The notes beneath the pieces were generated by a model. The model worked only from the letters and a program-made list of their open reading frames with translations. It did no database searches and was not told the origin of the DNA. Of a stretch of DNA of 64,000 nucleotides, positions 34,914 to 43,064 are shown piece by piece (positions within the stretch are counted from its first letter, which is position 1; the number at the start of each line of letters is the position of its first letter). The stretch is from Saprospiraceae bacterium. Lineage in GTDB: Bacteria; Bacteroidota; Bacteroidia; Chitinophagales; Saprospiraceae. A program made the translations under genes and the position numbers. The stretch covers positions 12,206 to 76,205 of the forward strand of contig JBGAWQ010000014.1 in NCBI GenBank assembly GCA_044227555.1, in the 5' to 3' direction.

Positions 34914-37256
34914 ATGGGTGTTCAAAATCCAATTACCCAGACCTTCCGGTTGCCTGATGGCAGGGAGGTGATCCTGGAGACCGGAAAGCTGGCTGCTCAG
35001 GCCCATGGTTCTGCTATGGTGCGCCTGGGTGACACCATGTTGCTGGCTACTGTTGTTTCCAATAAGGAGGCCAAGGAAGGCCAGCCGTTTTTCCCATTAT
35101 CTGTTGACTACCAGGAGAAATTTGCTTCGGTTGGACGTATTCCGGGAAACTTTTTCCGGAGGGAATCCAAACTGTCTGATTATGAAGTTTTGATTTCCCG
35201 CCTTGTGGACCGTGCGGTTCGTCCCTTGTTTCCCGATGGTTACATGAATGAAACACAGATCGTCATCAACCTGATCTCCGCTGATAAAGACATCATGCCG
35301 GATGCCCTGGCAGCCCTTGCGGCTTCTACGGCATTGTCGGTATCTAATATTCCCTGGGCCGGTCCAATATCTGAAGTTCGGGTAGCCCGCATCAATGGAG
35401 CATTTGTGGTCAACCCTGGCCGTGAAGCACTATTGGAAGCCGATATTGACCTCATCATTGCTGCCACCCTGGCGGACATCATGATGGTGGAAGGTGAAGC
35501 TAATGAGTGTTCAGAGCACGACTTGATTGAAGCTATCCGTATCGGTCATGAAGCCATCAAAGTACAATGTCAGGCTCAGCTTGATCTCGCCAAGAAAGTC
35601 GGAGAGAAAGCTACGGTCAAGCGTGTGCTTCCTGAAGCTCCGTCTGATGATGAATTGAAAAAGGTTGTTGACCAATTTAGCCGTCAGCGTATCCTGGATA
35701 TTGCCAAAGGGGCTCTTGATAAATCAGTTCGTAAAGAGCAGTTTGACCTCATCAAGAAAGAGCTCGTCGTCAAGTTGACGGAAGAGAAAGGAGAGGAGTA
35801 CCTCACTGAAAAGGCTCCTTTGCTCGATATGTATTATGAGAAGCTGAAAAAGGAGGTCATCCGCAATTTTGTCATTGATACCGGTATGCGGATTGATGGT
35901 CGCAAGACCAATGAGGTAAGGCCGATCTGGATAGAAGTAGATTATCTGCCTTCGACTCACGGTTCCGCCGTATTTACACGTGGAGAGACACAGTCTCTGA
36001 CCAGCTTGACGCTCGGTACCAAGAATGATGAGCAGCTCATGGACAATGCGCTGGATTATCGTTACGAGAAATTCATCCTGCATTACAACTTCCCTCCATT
36101 TTCAACAGGTGAGGTGAAGCCTATGCGTGGGCCGGGCCGTCGTGAGGTTGGACATGCCAACCTTGCGGGTCGTTCATTGCGTAAAGTATTACCGGCGGAT
36201 CAGCCTTATACTTTGCGTATTGTATCTGATATCCTCGAATCCAATGGATCCTCTTCCATGGCTACGGTTTGTGCCGGTGCCCTGGCGCTGATGGATGGTG
36301 GTATCCAGATCAAAGCCCCTGTTTCGGGTATTGCCATGGGATTGATCAGTGAAGGTGGCCGTGCCGCGGTGCTTTCTGACATCCTTGGAGATGAAGATGC
36401 ATTGGGCGATATGGATTTCAAGATTACCGGTACACGTGCCGGTATCGTAGGCTGCCAGATGGACATCAAGGTGGATGGTCTGAGCTACGAGTTGCTGGAA
36501 AAGGCGTTGTTACAGGCCCGTGAGGGAAGGTTGCATATCCTCTCCAAGATGGAAGAGGTGATTGCTGTGCCTAATGAGGATCTCAAGCCACACGCACCAC
36601 GTATCCTCGAGATCATTATCGAGAAGAGCCAGATTGGTGCTGTGATCGGCCCGGGTGGTAAAGTCATCCAGGAAATCCAGGCCTCCACCGGAACGGTGAT
36701 CAACATTGAGGAAGTAGGGGACAAAGGAATTGTCAATATTGCCAGTGCCAATAAAGATTCTCTTGAAGCTGCCCGTCAGCGCATTATAGGGATTACGTAC
36801 GTACCAAAGGTTGGTGATGTATTTGATGCCGTTGTCCGGACGATCATGCCTTATGGCGTGTTTGTAGATTTCATGGGCAAGAGTGGTTTGCTGCACGTGT
36901 CTGAAATCTCCTATTCACGGATTGACAATGTTGAGGATGTGTTTAAGGAAGGAGATCTGGTCAAAGTACAGCTGGTCGAAATCGAAGAGCGTACCGGTAA
37001 GATGAGGATGTCCCGTAAGTCCTTGCTGCCAAAACCTGAGCGTAAGAAGAATGAGGCCGGAGAATATGAGGATGGTTATGGTGAGGAAGGGCCTCCGGAG
37101 CCTGAGCGTCGTGAGCGTTCTTCGTTTGGAGACCGGGATCGTCGTGGAGGCGGTGGAGATCGTCGTGGCGGCGGTGACCGTCGCGGGGGTGGAGGAGATC
37201 GTCGTGGTGGGGGTGATCGTCGTGGAGGCGGTGACCGTGGTCCACGCCGGGATTAA
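34914..37256 (+). CDS. pnp: Polyribonucleotide nucleotidyltransferase (PNPase) with C-terminal acidic linker and RGG-repeat tail
   Basis: Two RNase PH domains, KH (IGAVIGPGGKVIQEI) and S1 (GDVFDAVVRTIMPYGVFVDF), then ..GDRDRRGGGGDRRGGGDRRGGGGDRRGGGDRRGGGDRGPRRD. Confidence 0.97.
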   Translation: MGVQNPITQTFRLPDGREVILETGKLAAQAHGSAMVRLGDTMLLATVVSNKEAKEGQPFFPLSVDYQEKFASVGRIPGNFFRRESKLSDYEVLISRLVDRAVRPLFPDGYMNETQIVINLISADKDIMPDALAALAASTALSVSNIPWAGPISEVRVARINGAFVVNPGREALLEADIDLIIAATLADIMMVEGEANECSEHDLIEAIRIGHEAIKVQCQAQLDLAKKVGEKATVKRVLPEAPSDDELKKVVDQFSRQRILDIAKGALDKSVRKEQFDLIKKELVVKLTEEKGEEYLTEKAPLLDMYYEKLKKEVIRNFVIDTGMRIDGRKTNEVRPIWIEVDYLPSTHGSAVFTRGETQSLTSLTLGTKNDEQLMDNALDYRYEKFILHYNFPPFSTGEVKPMRGPGRREVGHANLAGRSLRKVLPADQPYTLRIVSDILESNGSSSMATVCAGALALMDGGIQIKAPVSGIAMGLISEGGRAAVLSDILGDEDALGDMDFKITGTRAGIVGCQMDIKVDGLSYELLEKALLQAREGRLHILSKMEEVIAVPNEDLKPHAPRILEIIIEKSQIGAVIGPGGKVIQEIQASTGTVINIEEVGDKGIVNIASANKDSLEAARQRIIGITYVPKVGDVFDAVVRTIMPYGVFVDFMGKSGLLHVSEISYSRIDNVEDVFKEGDLVKVQLVEIEERTGKMRMSRKSLLPKPERKKNEAGEYEDGYGEEGPPEPERRERSSFGDRDRRGGGGDRRGGGDRRGGGGDRRGGGDRRGGGDRGPRRD

Positions 37257-37290
37257 CAGATTCAGATTTTTATTAGAAATAGAAAAGAAA

Positions 37291-37322
37291 AAGGCCTTCC
37301 TGACGGAGGGCCTTTTTCTTTT
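37291..37322. terminator. Intrinsic terminator after pnp (possibly bidirectional)
   Basis: aaggccttcc-tgac-ggagggcctt (10 bp including one G-U) followed by tttttctttt. An A-rich run lies upstream. Confidence 0.85.
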
Positions 37323-37367
37323 GCCAAGCTCTTTAGATACCTCAGCATGGTGGAAAGGGTAGTGAGT

Positions 37368-37802
37368 CTATTGAGAAATTTTAACGTCAAATGAATACAC
37401 CGAATCCGGAAGGTTGCCGACTGAATCCCTGATTTCAGGGTAGACTTTTTGGAGCATCACGGTAAAAGGCGTATTGTAGAGCGTGTCACTCCAGTTGCTC
37501 ACGGCATCAAACGTATCCACAGCAATGACGTCTCCTCCATAGAGGATGGTAGCTGCCATGACATAGCGACCGGCCCAAACGCATTCGATTTCGGGTACAT
37601 TGCAACGGCTGTCTTCGATCAGCGGACCAAAGGTGATCTGGTAGGCGGGCTTTTCATGGCACCAGGTTTCGCCGATTTTGGCCCTGAAGGTATGGTCGAA
37701 ATTGAAGGTCTGGCAATCACCAGGCAGTTCAGATTTTGATTCACACCCCATTTCAGCCATGCTTAAGCTGAGGATAACCGTAAACCACAAGTAATTTTTC
37801 AT
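37368..37802 (-). CDS. Hypothetical lipoprotein
   Basis: Signal + lipobox-like LSMAEMGC. No recognisable domain. Confidence 0.5.
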   Translation of the reverse strand: MKNYLWFTVILSLSMAEMGCESKSELPGDCQTFNFDHTFRAKIGETWCHEKPAYQITFGPLIEDSRCNVPEIECVWAGRYVMAATILYGGDVIAVDTFDAVSNWSDTLYNTPFTVMLQKVYPEIRDSVGNLPDSVYSFDVKISQ

Positions 37803-38021
37803 GTCATTTTGAGTTTATTAACCAAAAGACGACTAAATCGAACGTTTAGTTGGTAACAATTGGCCTGTTTCAGGACACTATGTACACGAAAGGGTGTTAT
37901 GTAGTTGGTGATGTGGCCTGTAAAAGCAGATAAATTTAATTAGGATCATTCAATCATGAACTTTTTGGCACCCTGTGTTGTACCTTTTGTGTCTGAAATG
38001 GATTAAATCCCGGCAACCGCT

Positions 38022-38888
38022 ATGCGTCAATTAAAAATTGCTAACCGTATCACCGCCCGTGAGAGCCTCGCATTGGAGAAATACCTGCAGGATATCGGGA
38101 AGATTGAGATGCTCACTCCGGAGGAGGAGTCAAGGCTGGCTGCCCTGTCCCGGAATGGAGACCAGGCTGCGTTGGAACGGTTGACGGAAGCCAACCTCCG
38201 TTTTGTGGTATCCGTAGCTAAGCAATATCAAAACCAGGGATTATCTCTGGGGGATCTCATCAATGAAGGTAATGTAGGCCTGATGAAGGCTGCTCGGCGA
38301 TTTGACGAGACCAAGGGGTTTAAGTTTATCTCCTATGCCGTATGGTGGATTCGCCAGAGTATACTCCAGGCAATCATTGAATACTCCAGGATCGTCCGGA
38401 TGCCGCACAACAAGTCCACCTCTTATAATCGGCTCAACGAGGCGTATGTTTCTTTTGTCCAGGAATTTGAAAGGGATCCGACGCACGAGGAACTGGCTGA
38501 TCTGCTCAATGTTCCGATCCGGGATGTGATCAACAATATGCCGGGAAACAACAGGCATATTTCGTTTGACGCGCCGGTCTCCAGTGAGGAAGACAGTTTT
38601 ACGCTGTTGGACATGATTGAGACAGATGAAGAGATGCAGCCTGACCTGAAGCTCATGGAGGAATCCATGCGGCTCGATATCATGTACAGTCTCAATTCAC
38701 TGGCGCCGCGGGAAGCTGAGGTGTTGGCCTTTTATTTCGGACTCAAGGGGGACAAGCCCTTGACCCTGGATGAAATCGGCGAGCAACTGGATCTCACGCG
38801 CGAACGGGTTCGACAGATCAAGGAGCGGGCGATTCGCCGGTTGCGGAAGTCTATGAAGCGCAACAATTCCATGCGATCTTATATGTAA
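38022..38888 (+). CDS. rpoD: RNA polymerase primary-like sigma-70 factor (Bacteroidota short sigma-A type)
   Basis: Region 2 (EANLRFVVSVAKQY..GLSLGDLINEGNVGLMKAARRFD..FISYAVWWIRQ) and region 4 (TLDEIGEQLDLTRERVRQIKERAIRRLR). Confidence 0.9.
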   Translation: MRQLKIANRITARESLALEKYLQDIGKIEMLTPEEESRLAALSRNGDQAALERLTEANLRFVVSVAKQYQNQGLSLGDLINEGNVGLMKAARRFDETKGFKFISYAVWWIRQSILQAIIEYSRIVRMPHNKSTSYNRLNEAYVSFVQEFERDPTHEELADLLNVPIRDVINNMPGNNRHISFDAPVSSEEDSFTLLDMIETDEEMQPDLKLMEESMRLDIMYSLNSLAPREAEVLAFYFGLKGDKPLTLDEIGEQLDLTRERVRQIKERAIRRLRKSMKRNNSMRSYM

Positions 38889-38982
38889 TCTTCTCTTTGG
38901 GATTAATCCTTTTTCATTCATTTGCGTTTATTAACCATTTCCAACGGTCTTCGGGAGGCGTAAGCCATTTCTGTTTACTAAT

Positions 38983-39627
38983 TTGAACCCGCAAATGATA
39001 GAGGATATACTCAGGGCTGTATTAGGGATGCCTCCGGGCACGTCCCGGATCAACAAGGATCTGGAGATCATGCGGCAGCTCACCAAGCCGTTGGCAGACC
39101 AGCTCATCCCCTGGGAGAAGGAGAAGGAGCTGGAGATTATGGCCCTTAAAATGGAATCAAAATTCCATAAACGGGGTATGGACCGTATCTCGGTGGGAAC
39201 ATTACAGTCCATCTATTTCGAGCCTATGGTCACCTTTGCTTATATGGATTATGTCAAGGGCGCACGTGAGGCTCTGCTGTATTGCAGAACCCGGAGCCTG
39301 GAATTGGTATACCGGATTAAGAGGAAGGATATTGATGTTTACCTCAATGGGACCCAGGTGGCTATCATTGATCAACAGAATGTCATGCACGGTCTCCGTT
39401 CAAGGAGTATTATAGGGCAGGTCAAGCCGTATTCTCCTGATTTGCTTTCCATCATCATCTGGGACCGGGAGGTCGGGCATATGTTTGATCCGCTGCGTCC
39501 GCATAGTGATGTCCAGCGTGCATTTTTTCTGATGACCCCGTTAGCGGAAGAAGAAGAGCGCATCTTTTTTGCTTTTGGATTTTATGAGTTGATCACCAGG
39601 TTGCTGACCGTCAAAAAACGTAAATAA
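38983..39627 (+). CDS. Hypothetical protein
   Basis: ORF only, with no motif I recognise. Start is either the TTG at 38983 or the ATG at 38995. Confidence 0.4.
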   Translation: MNPQMIEDILRAVLGMPPGTSRINKDLEIMRQLTKPLADQLIPWEKEKELEIMALKMESKFHKRGMDRISVGTLQSIYFEPMVTFAYMDYVKGAREALLYCRTRSLELVYRIKRKDIDVYLNGTQVAIIDQQNVMHGLRSRSIIGQVKPYSPDLLSIIIWDREVGHMFDPLRPHSDVQRAFFLMTPLAEEEERIFFAFGFYELITRLLTVKKRK

Positions 39628-39670
39628 CCAATTCTGGTTCGTACATTTACCCATTCGATAGTCTTACGAT

Positions 39671-40108
39671 ATGAATGTATTTGATTCCATACGCGTCGTT
39701 GTCTACAGGTTCCATGAAAAGGGACTGGAAATCTTTCTGGTCAATAGTGGCCTGGAAGAGGAAAACTGGCGTATCCCTTTTTCAGATATTGCCAAGTACC
39801 CCGTCAATGAGTTGACGATCGGGGATCATTTTATCTCGCTGGAGGGCGATGTCAATCCGGATGGTTCAACCAGCATCATCTGTGCTATCGAAGGCGACTG
39901 GCACGACATTCCATCTATCCGCAAGTTGATCAAGGAAGATATACGGTTGGTTTCAACCAAAATCGATAAGTACATCATGCCTGAACTGGAGAAAGGCACC
40001 TACTTTGCCATCAAGGAAGCTTTCAAGAAAGTCATGCCTAATGAATACAAGGCACTGCATGAATTGAAGGACATCCTTCTGCACCGAAACATGCTTAAAA
40101 ACATATAA
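39671..40108 (+). CDS. Hypothetical protein (weak NUDIX-fold-like N-terminus without a Nudix box)
   Basis: IRVVVYRFHEKGLEIFLVN resembles the first strands of Nudix proteins, but no GX5EX7REUXEEXGU box is present. Confidence 0.4.
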   Translation: MNVFDSIRVVVYRFHEKGLEIFLVNSGLEEENWRIPFSDIAKYPVNELTIGDHFISLEGDVNPDGSTSIICAIEGDWHDIPSIRKLIKEDIRLVSTKIDKYIMPELEKGTYFAIKEAFKKVMPNEYKALHELKDILLHRNMLKNI

Positions 40109-40113
40109 AAAAA

Positions 40114-40139
40114 GGGTGGCCATCAGCCACCCTTTTTTT
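40114..40139. terminator. Bidirectional intrinsic terminator between convergent genes
   Basis: gggtggc-catca-gccaccc flanked by an A run and a 7-T run. Confidence 0.85.
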
Positions 40140-40140
40140 A

Positions 40141-40776
40141 TTACTTGTTGGGCTGCGGAGTGATCCGCAGATAAGGCTTGATATGTTTCGCGCCTTTCGG
40201 AAACTTAGCCGGGATATCTGTGTCCGGTACAGAAGGCAGGATGACGACATCTTCTCCATCCACCCAGTTGGCCGGTGTAGCCACGCTGTGATAGGCGGTG
40301 AGTTGTAAGGAGTCAATCACGCGAAGGATCTCTGTAAAGTTTCTTCCGGTGCTGGCCGGATACGTCAGGGTCAGTTTAACCTTCTTGTCTGGGCCGATGA
40401 TGAATACGCTGCGAACCGTTGTTTTTTCGGTAGCATTCGGATGGATCATATCATACAGCACAGCCACTTTTTTGTCTTCGTCCGCGATGATCGGGAAGTC
40501 AACCGTGGTGTGCTGGGTTTCGTTGATGTCCTTGATCCATCGGCCGTGGGATTCCGCACCATCCACACTGAGGGCGAGAACCTTGACGTTGCGTTTGGCA
40601 AATTCATTTTTCAGTTTTGCGGTCATTCCAAGTTCCGTCGTGCAGACAGGAGTGAAATCCGCGGGATGGGAAAAGAGCAAGCCCCAGGCGTCGCCGAGGT
40701 ACTGATAGAAATCAATAGGGCCTTCGCTGGTATCAGCTTGAAAATTGGGGGCGATATCGCCGAGTCGGATTGACAT
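40141..40776 (-). CDS. 1-Cys peroxiredoxin (Prx6 type)
   Basis: WGLLFSHPADFTPVCTTEL peroxidatic-Cys motif, 211 aa. Confidence 0.92.
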   Translation of the reverse strand: MSIRLGDIAPNFQADTSEGPIDFYQYLGDAWGLLFSHPADFTPVCTTELGMTAKLKNEFAKRNVKVLALSVDGAESHGRWIKDINETQHTTVDFPIIADEDKKVAVLYDMIHPNATEKTTVRSVFIIGPDKKVKLTLTYPASTGRNFTEILRVIDSLQLTAYHSVATPANWVDGEDVVILPSVPDTDIPAKFPKGAKHIKPYLRITPQPNK

Positions 40777-40803
40777 AATGGTTAAGTTTATGGATTAGAG
40801 TTA

Positions 40804-40873
40804 GTCGAGAGTCGTGAGTCGAGAGTCGTGAGTCGAGAGTCGTGAGTCGTGAGTCGTGAGTCGTGAGTCGTGA
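40804..40873. repeat. Ten perfect tandem heptamers: (GTCGAGA GTCGTGA)x3 + (GTCGTGA)x4
   Basis: Read directly. It lies 28-97 nt upstream of the peroxiredoxin start codon and downstream of the E1-like gene. Confidence 0.95.
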
Positions 40874-40964
40874 GTGGGTTATGGTGCAGCAAAATACGGT
40901 TTACTTGGTTGAAGGCTATTGAAACTTTTAGTCTTAATAAACTTAATAAGCCTTATAAGCCGTT

Positions 40965-42137
40965 TCAGTATTTGGGTATGCTTGGGTCGATTTCTTTGGC
41001 CCAGGCGATGATACCGCCTTCGAGGTTGTACAGATCGGTCAATCCTGCTTCCGTGCGGAGGCGTTGGATGACATCTCTTGATCTGATGCCGGATTTACAC
41101 AGAAAGACAACGTCTTTGTTTCGTGATATGCGGTCGACCTGTTGCATGATCTCTCCTTTGGGGATCAGGGTGCCTCCGATATTGGCGATGGCATATTCAT
41201 GAGGTTCGCGGACATCGATGAGTTGGAAGTCTTTTCCGTTTCGGATCCATTCGTGCAGGGTGGAAACGCTGATCTGATCTTCATGATTTGATGCATGTTT
41301 TGCAGGCAGGCCGCAGAAAAATTCGTAATCAATGAGTGATGTTTGTGTAGGATGTGTTCCGGTCAATGGATTGTCAGGATCCTTGCTGAGTTTGAAGATT
41401 CTGGTTGAAAAGGAAGCGGCGTCAAACTGAAACAGCCGGCCTGCGAGAGGGTCTCCTACTCCGGAAATGACTTTAATCACTTCATTGGCCTGGAGACTGC
41501 CCAGGATGCCCGGGAGGACACCGATCACTCCGCCTTCGGCGCAACTTGGCACCAGACCCGGCGGAGGGGGTGTGGGAAACAAGTCCCGGTAATTGGGTCC
41601 GCGGGAGCCATCGGGATATTGGTAATTGAAAACGCTGGCTTGTCCTTCGAAGCGGAAGATAGAGGCGAATACGTTGACTTTGCCGGCCAGAACACAGGCA
41701 TCGTTGACGAGGTAGCGCGTTTGAAAATTATCAGTACCATCGGCAACGACATCAAAGCGTGAAATGATATCCAGGGCGTTGGAGCTATCTAATTTGACCG
41801 GAAAGACTTCGAAGTTGACATGGGGGTTGAGGGCTTGAAGTCTTTCACGGGCGGCATCCACTTTAGGTCTCCCCACATCCCTGGTGGTAAACAGGACCTG
41901 GCGTTGGAGGTTGCTGGTGTCCACCACGTCAAAGTCAACGATGCCGATCGTTCCGACTCCTGCGGCCGTCAGATAGAGTAATACCGGGGCACCCAGGCCA
42001 CCGGTGCCGATCACCAGTACACGGGCTTGTTTAAGTTTTTTCTGTCCTTCCAGATTGAATTCCGGCAGGATCAGGTGTCGGCTGTAGCGTTCGAGTTCTT
42101 CCTTACTCAGGATGACTTCTTCCAATGAGTTTTGCAT
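40965..42137 (-). CDS. ThiF/MoeB-type E1-like adenylyltransferase with C-terminal rhodanese domain (MoeZ/MoeBR-like)
   Basis: RYSRHLILPEF, VIGTGGLGAP and the C-terminal rhodanese loop FLCKSGIRS. ATG at 42137 chosen. Confidence 0.88.
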   Translation of the reverse strand: MQNSLEEVILSKEELERYSRHLILPEFNLEGQKKLKQARVLVIGTGGLGAPVLLYLTAAGVGTIGIVDFDVVDTSNLQRQVLFTTRDVGRPKVDAARERLQALNPHVNFEVFPVKLDSSNALDIISRFDVVADGTDNFQTRYLVNDACVLAGKVNVFASIFRFEGQASVFNYQYPDGSRGPNYRDLFPTPPPPGLVPSCAEGGVIGVLPGILGSLQANEVIKVISGVGDPLAGRLFQFDAASFSTRIFKLSKDPDNPLTGTHPTQTSLIDYEFFCGLPAKHASNHEDQISVSTLHEWIRNGKDFQLIDVREPHEYAIANIGGTLIPKGEIMQQVDRISRNKDVVFLCKSGIRSRDVIQRLRTEAGLTDLYNLEGGIIAWAKEIDPSIPKY

Positions 42138-42150
42138 TTGACCTATGAAT

Positions 42151-42429
42151 TTACAGTGAACCGCCGGCAATAGCGGGAATTATGCTCAGTTCGTCCCCGG
42201 CATGGAGTGGTGTGGCCAATCCTTCTTTTTCACGGATATCGTTTTCGCCGAGATAGATCCGAACGTGTTTTCGGAGCAGCTCTGTCTCGTCATAGATGTA
42301 CGGAACCAGCCCGGGATGGATAGTGGTCAGTGATCTGACGGCACCAGCTACATCAGCAGCCTGGACCTGAACTTTGGATTGTTCGCCGGCAAAGCGACGG
42401 AGTGGGGTCGGAATGAAAATGGTAATCAT
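42151..42429 (-). CDS. MoaD/ThiS-family ubiquitin-like sulfur-carrier protein (CysO-like), C-terminus GG followed by Ser-Leu
   Basis: 92 aa ending ..GDELSIIPAIAGGSL. Located between the JAMM and E1-like genes. Confidence 0.8.
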   Translation of the reverse strand: MITIFIPTPLRRFAGEQSKVQVQAADVAGAVRSLTTIHPGLVPYIYDETELLRKHVRIYLGENDIREKEGLATPLHAGDELSIIPAIAGGSL

Positions 42430-42489
42430 AGCGTATTGTTTTTATTAGGTTAATTTATGAAGAGCTTATTGTGTCCAATCATCAATAGC

Positions 42490-42550
42490 CCATTATGCCT
42501 CTTTAGCCTCTTTTGCCCCTTTCCCCTAAAGGGGGAATAGGTGATTTGCC
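42490..42550 (+). repeat. Partial copy of the dispersed repeat / G-A-rich word family inside the operon spacer
   Basis: tagcctcttttgcccctttCCCCtaaaGGGGgaatagg, with hairpin CCCC-TAAA-GGGG at 42524-42535. Confidence 0.55.
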
Positions 42551-42626
42551 AAGGTTATTTATGGTGCTTTTCATGTAGTGACTCATTATTCTGTTCTTTG
42601 CGTTCCATTAGTACTTAACCATCGAA

Positions 42627-43064
42627 TTAGTTGCTTATTCTTGAATCTTTAGTTACTGTAAATATCTCTTCGGCCAATTTTCCATCCAGGAGTCGGAAAC
42701 TTCGCGTTACTGTCATATGACCGCCCTGGATCGAATGGATGAAATAGGAAAAGAAAGGTTGCGCGTATTCGAGGTCATGGACCGAGGGAATGGCGGGATG
42801 GTCCGGATGCGAGTGATAGATGCCGAGGAGTTGTTTGTCGGATTGCAGGGCCAATTTTTCCGCACGCATGTAGTCCAGGGGATCGATGACAAATCGTCTC
42901 CGCAAATTTTCGGTCGAGCGGTTTTCTACTTCATAATGAGAAGTGATATGGCGATGGCCGATCGCTTGGGTGCCCAGCAGAAATCCGCAGGCTTCATGCG
43001 GGTAAGCGGATTCGAGATGTTTTTGGATCTGACGAAGGGTCTGATGATGAATGGAGGTGCTCAT
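42627..43064 (-). CDS. JAMM/MPN+ metalloprotease (Mec+/QbsD-like)
   Basis: YPHEACGFLLG and HSHPDHPAIPSVHD fit the E..HxHx7Sx2D JAMM motif. ATGA overlap with the upstream cysteine synthase stop. Confidence 0.88.
   Translation of the reverse strand: MSTSIHHQTLRQIQKHLESAYPHEACGFLLGTQAIGHRHITSHYEVENRSTENLRRRFVIDPLDYMRAEKLALQSDKQLLGIYHSHPDHPAIPSVHDLEYAQPFFSYFIHSIQGGHMTVTRSFRLLDGKLAEEIFTVTKDSRISN

Noticed and set aside
36961-37362. ORFs 36961-37245 (minus strand) and 37051-37362 (plus strand) over the end of pnp.
   Set aside because: These are alternative-frame artefacts of the GC-rich GAYCGTCGYGGNGGN repeat that encodes the RGG tail.
40870-41202. 110-aa plus-strand ORF starting in the heptamer array.
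   Set aside because: It is antisense to the well-supported E1-rhodanese gene and begins inside a simple repeat.
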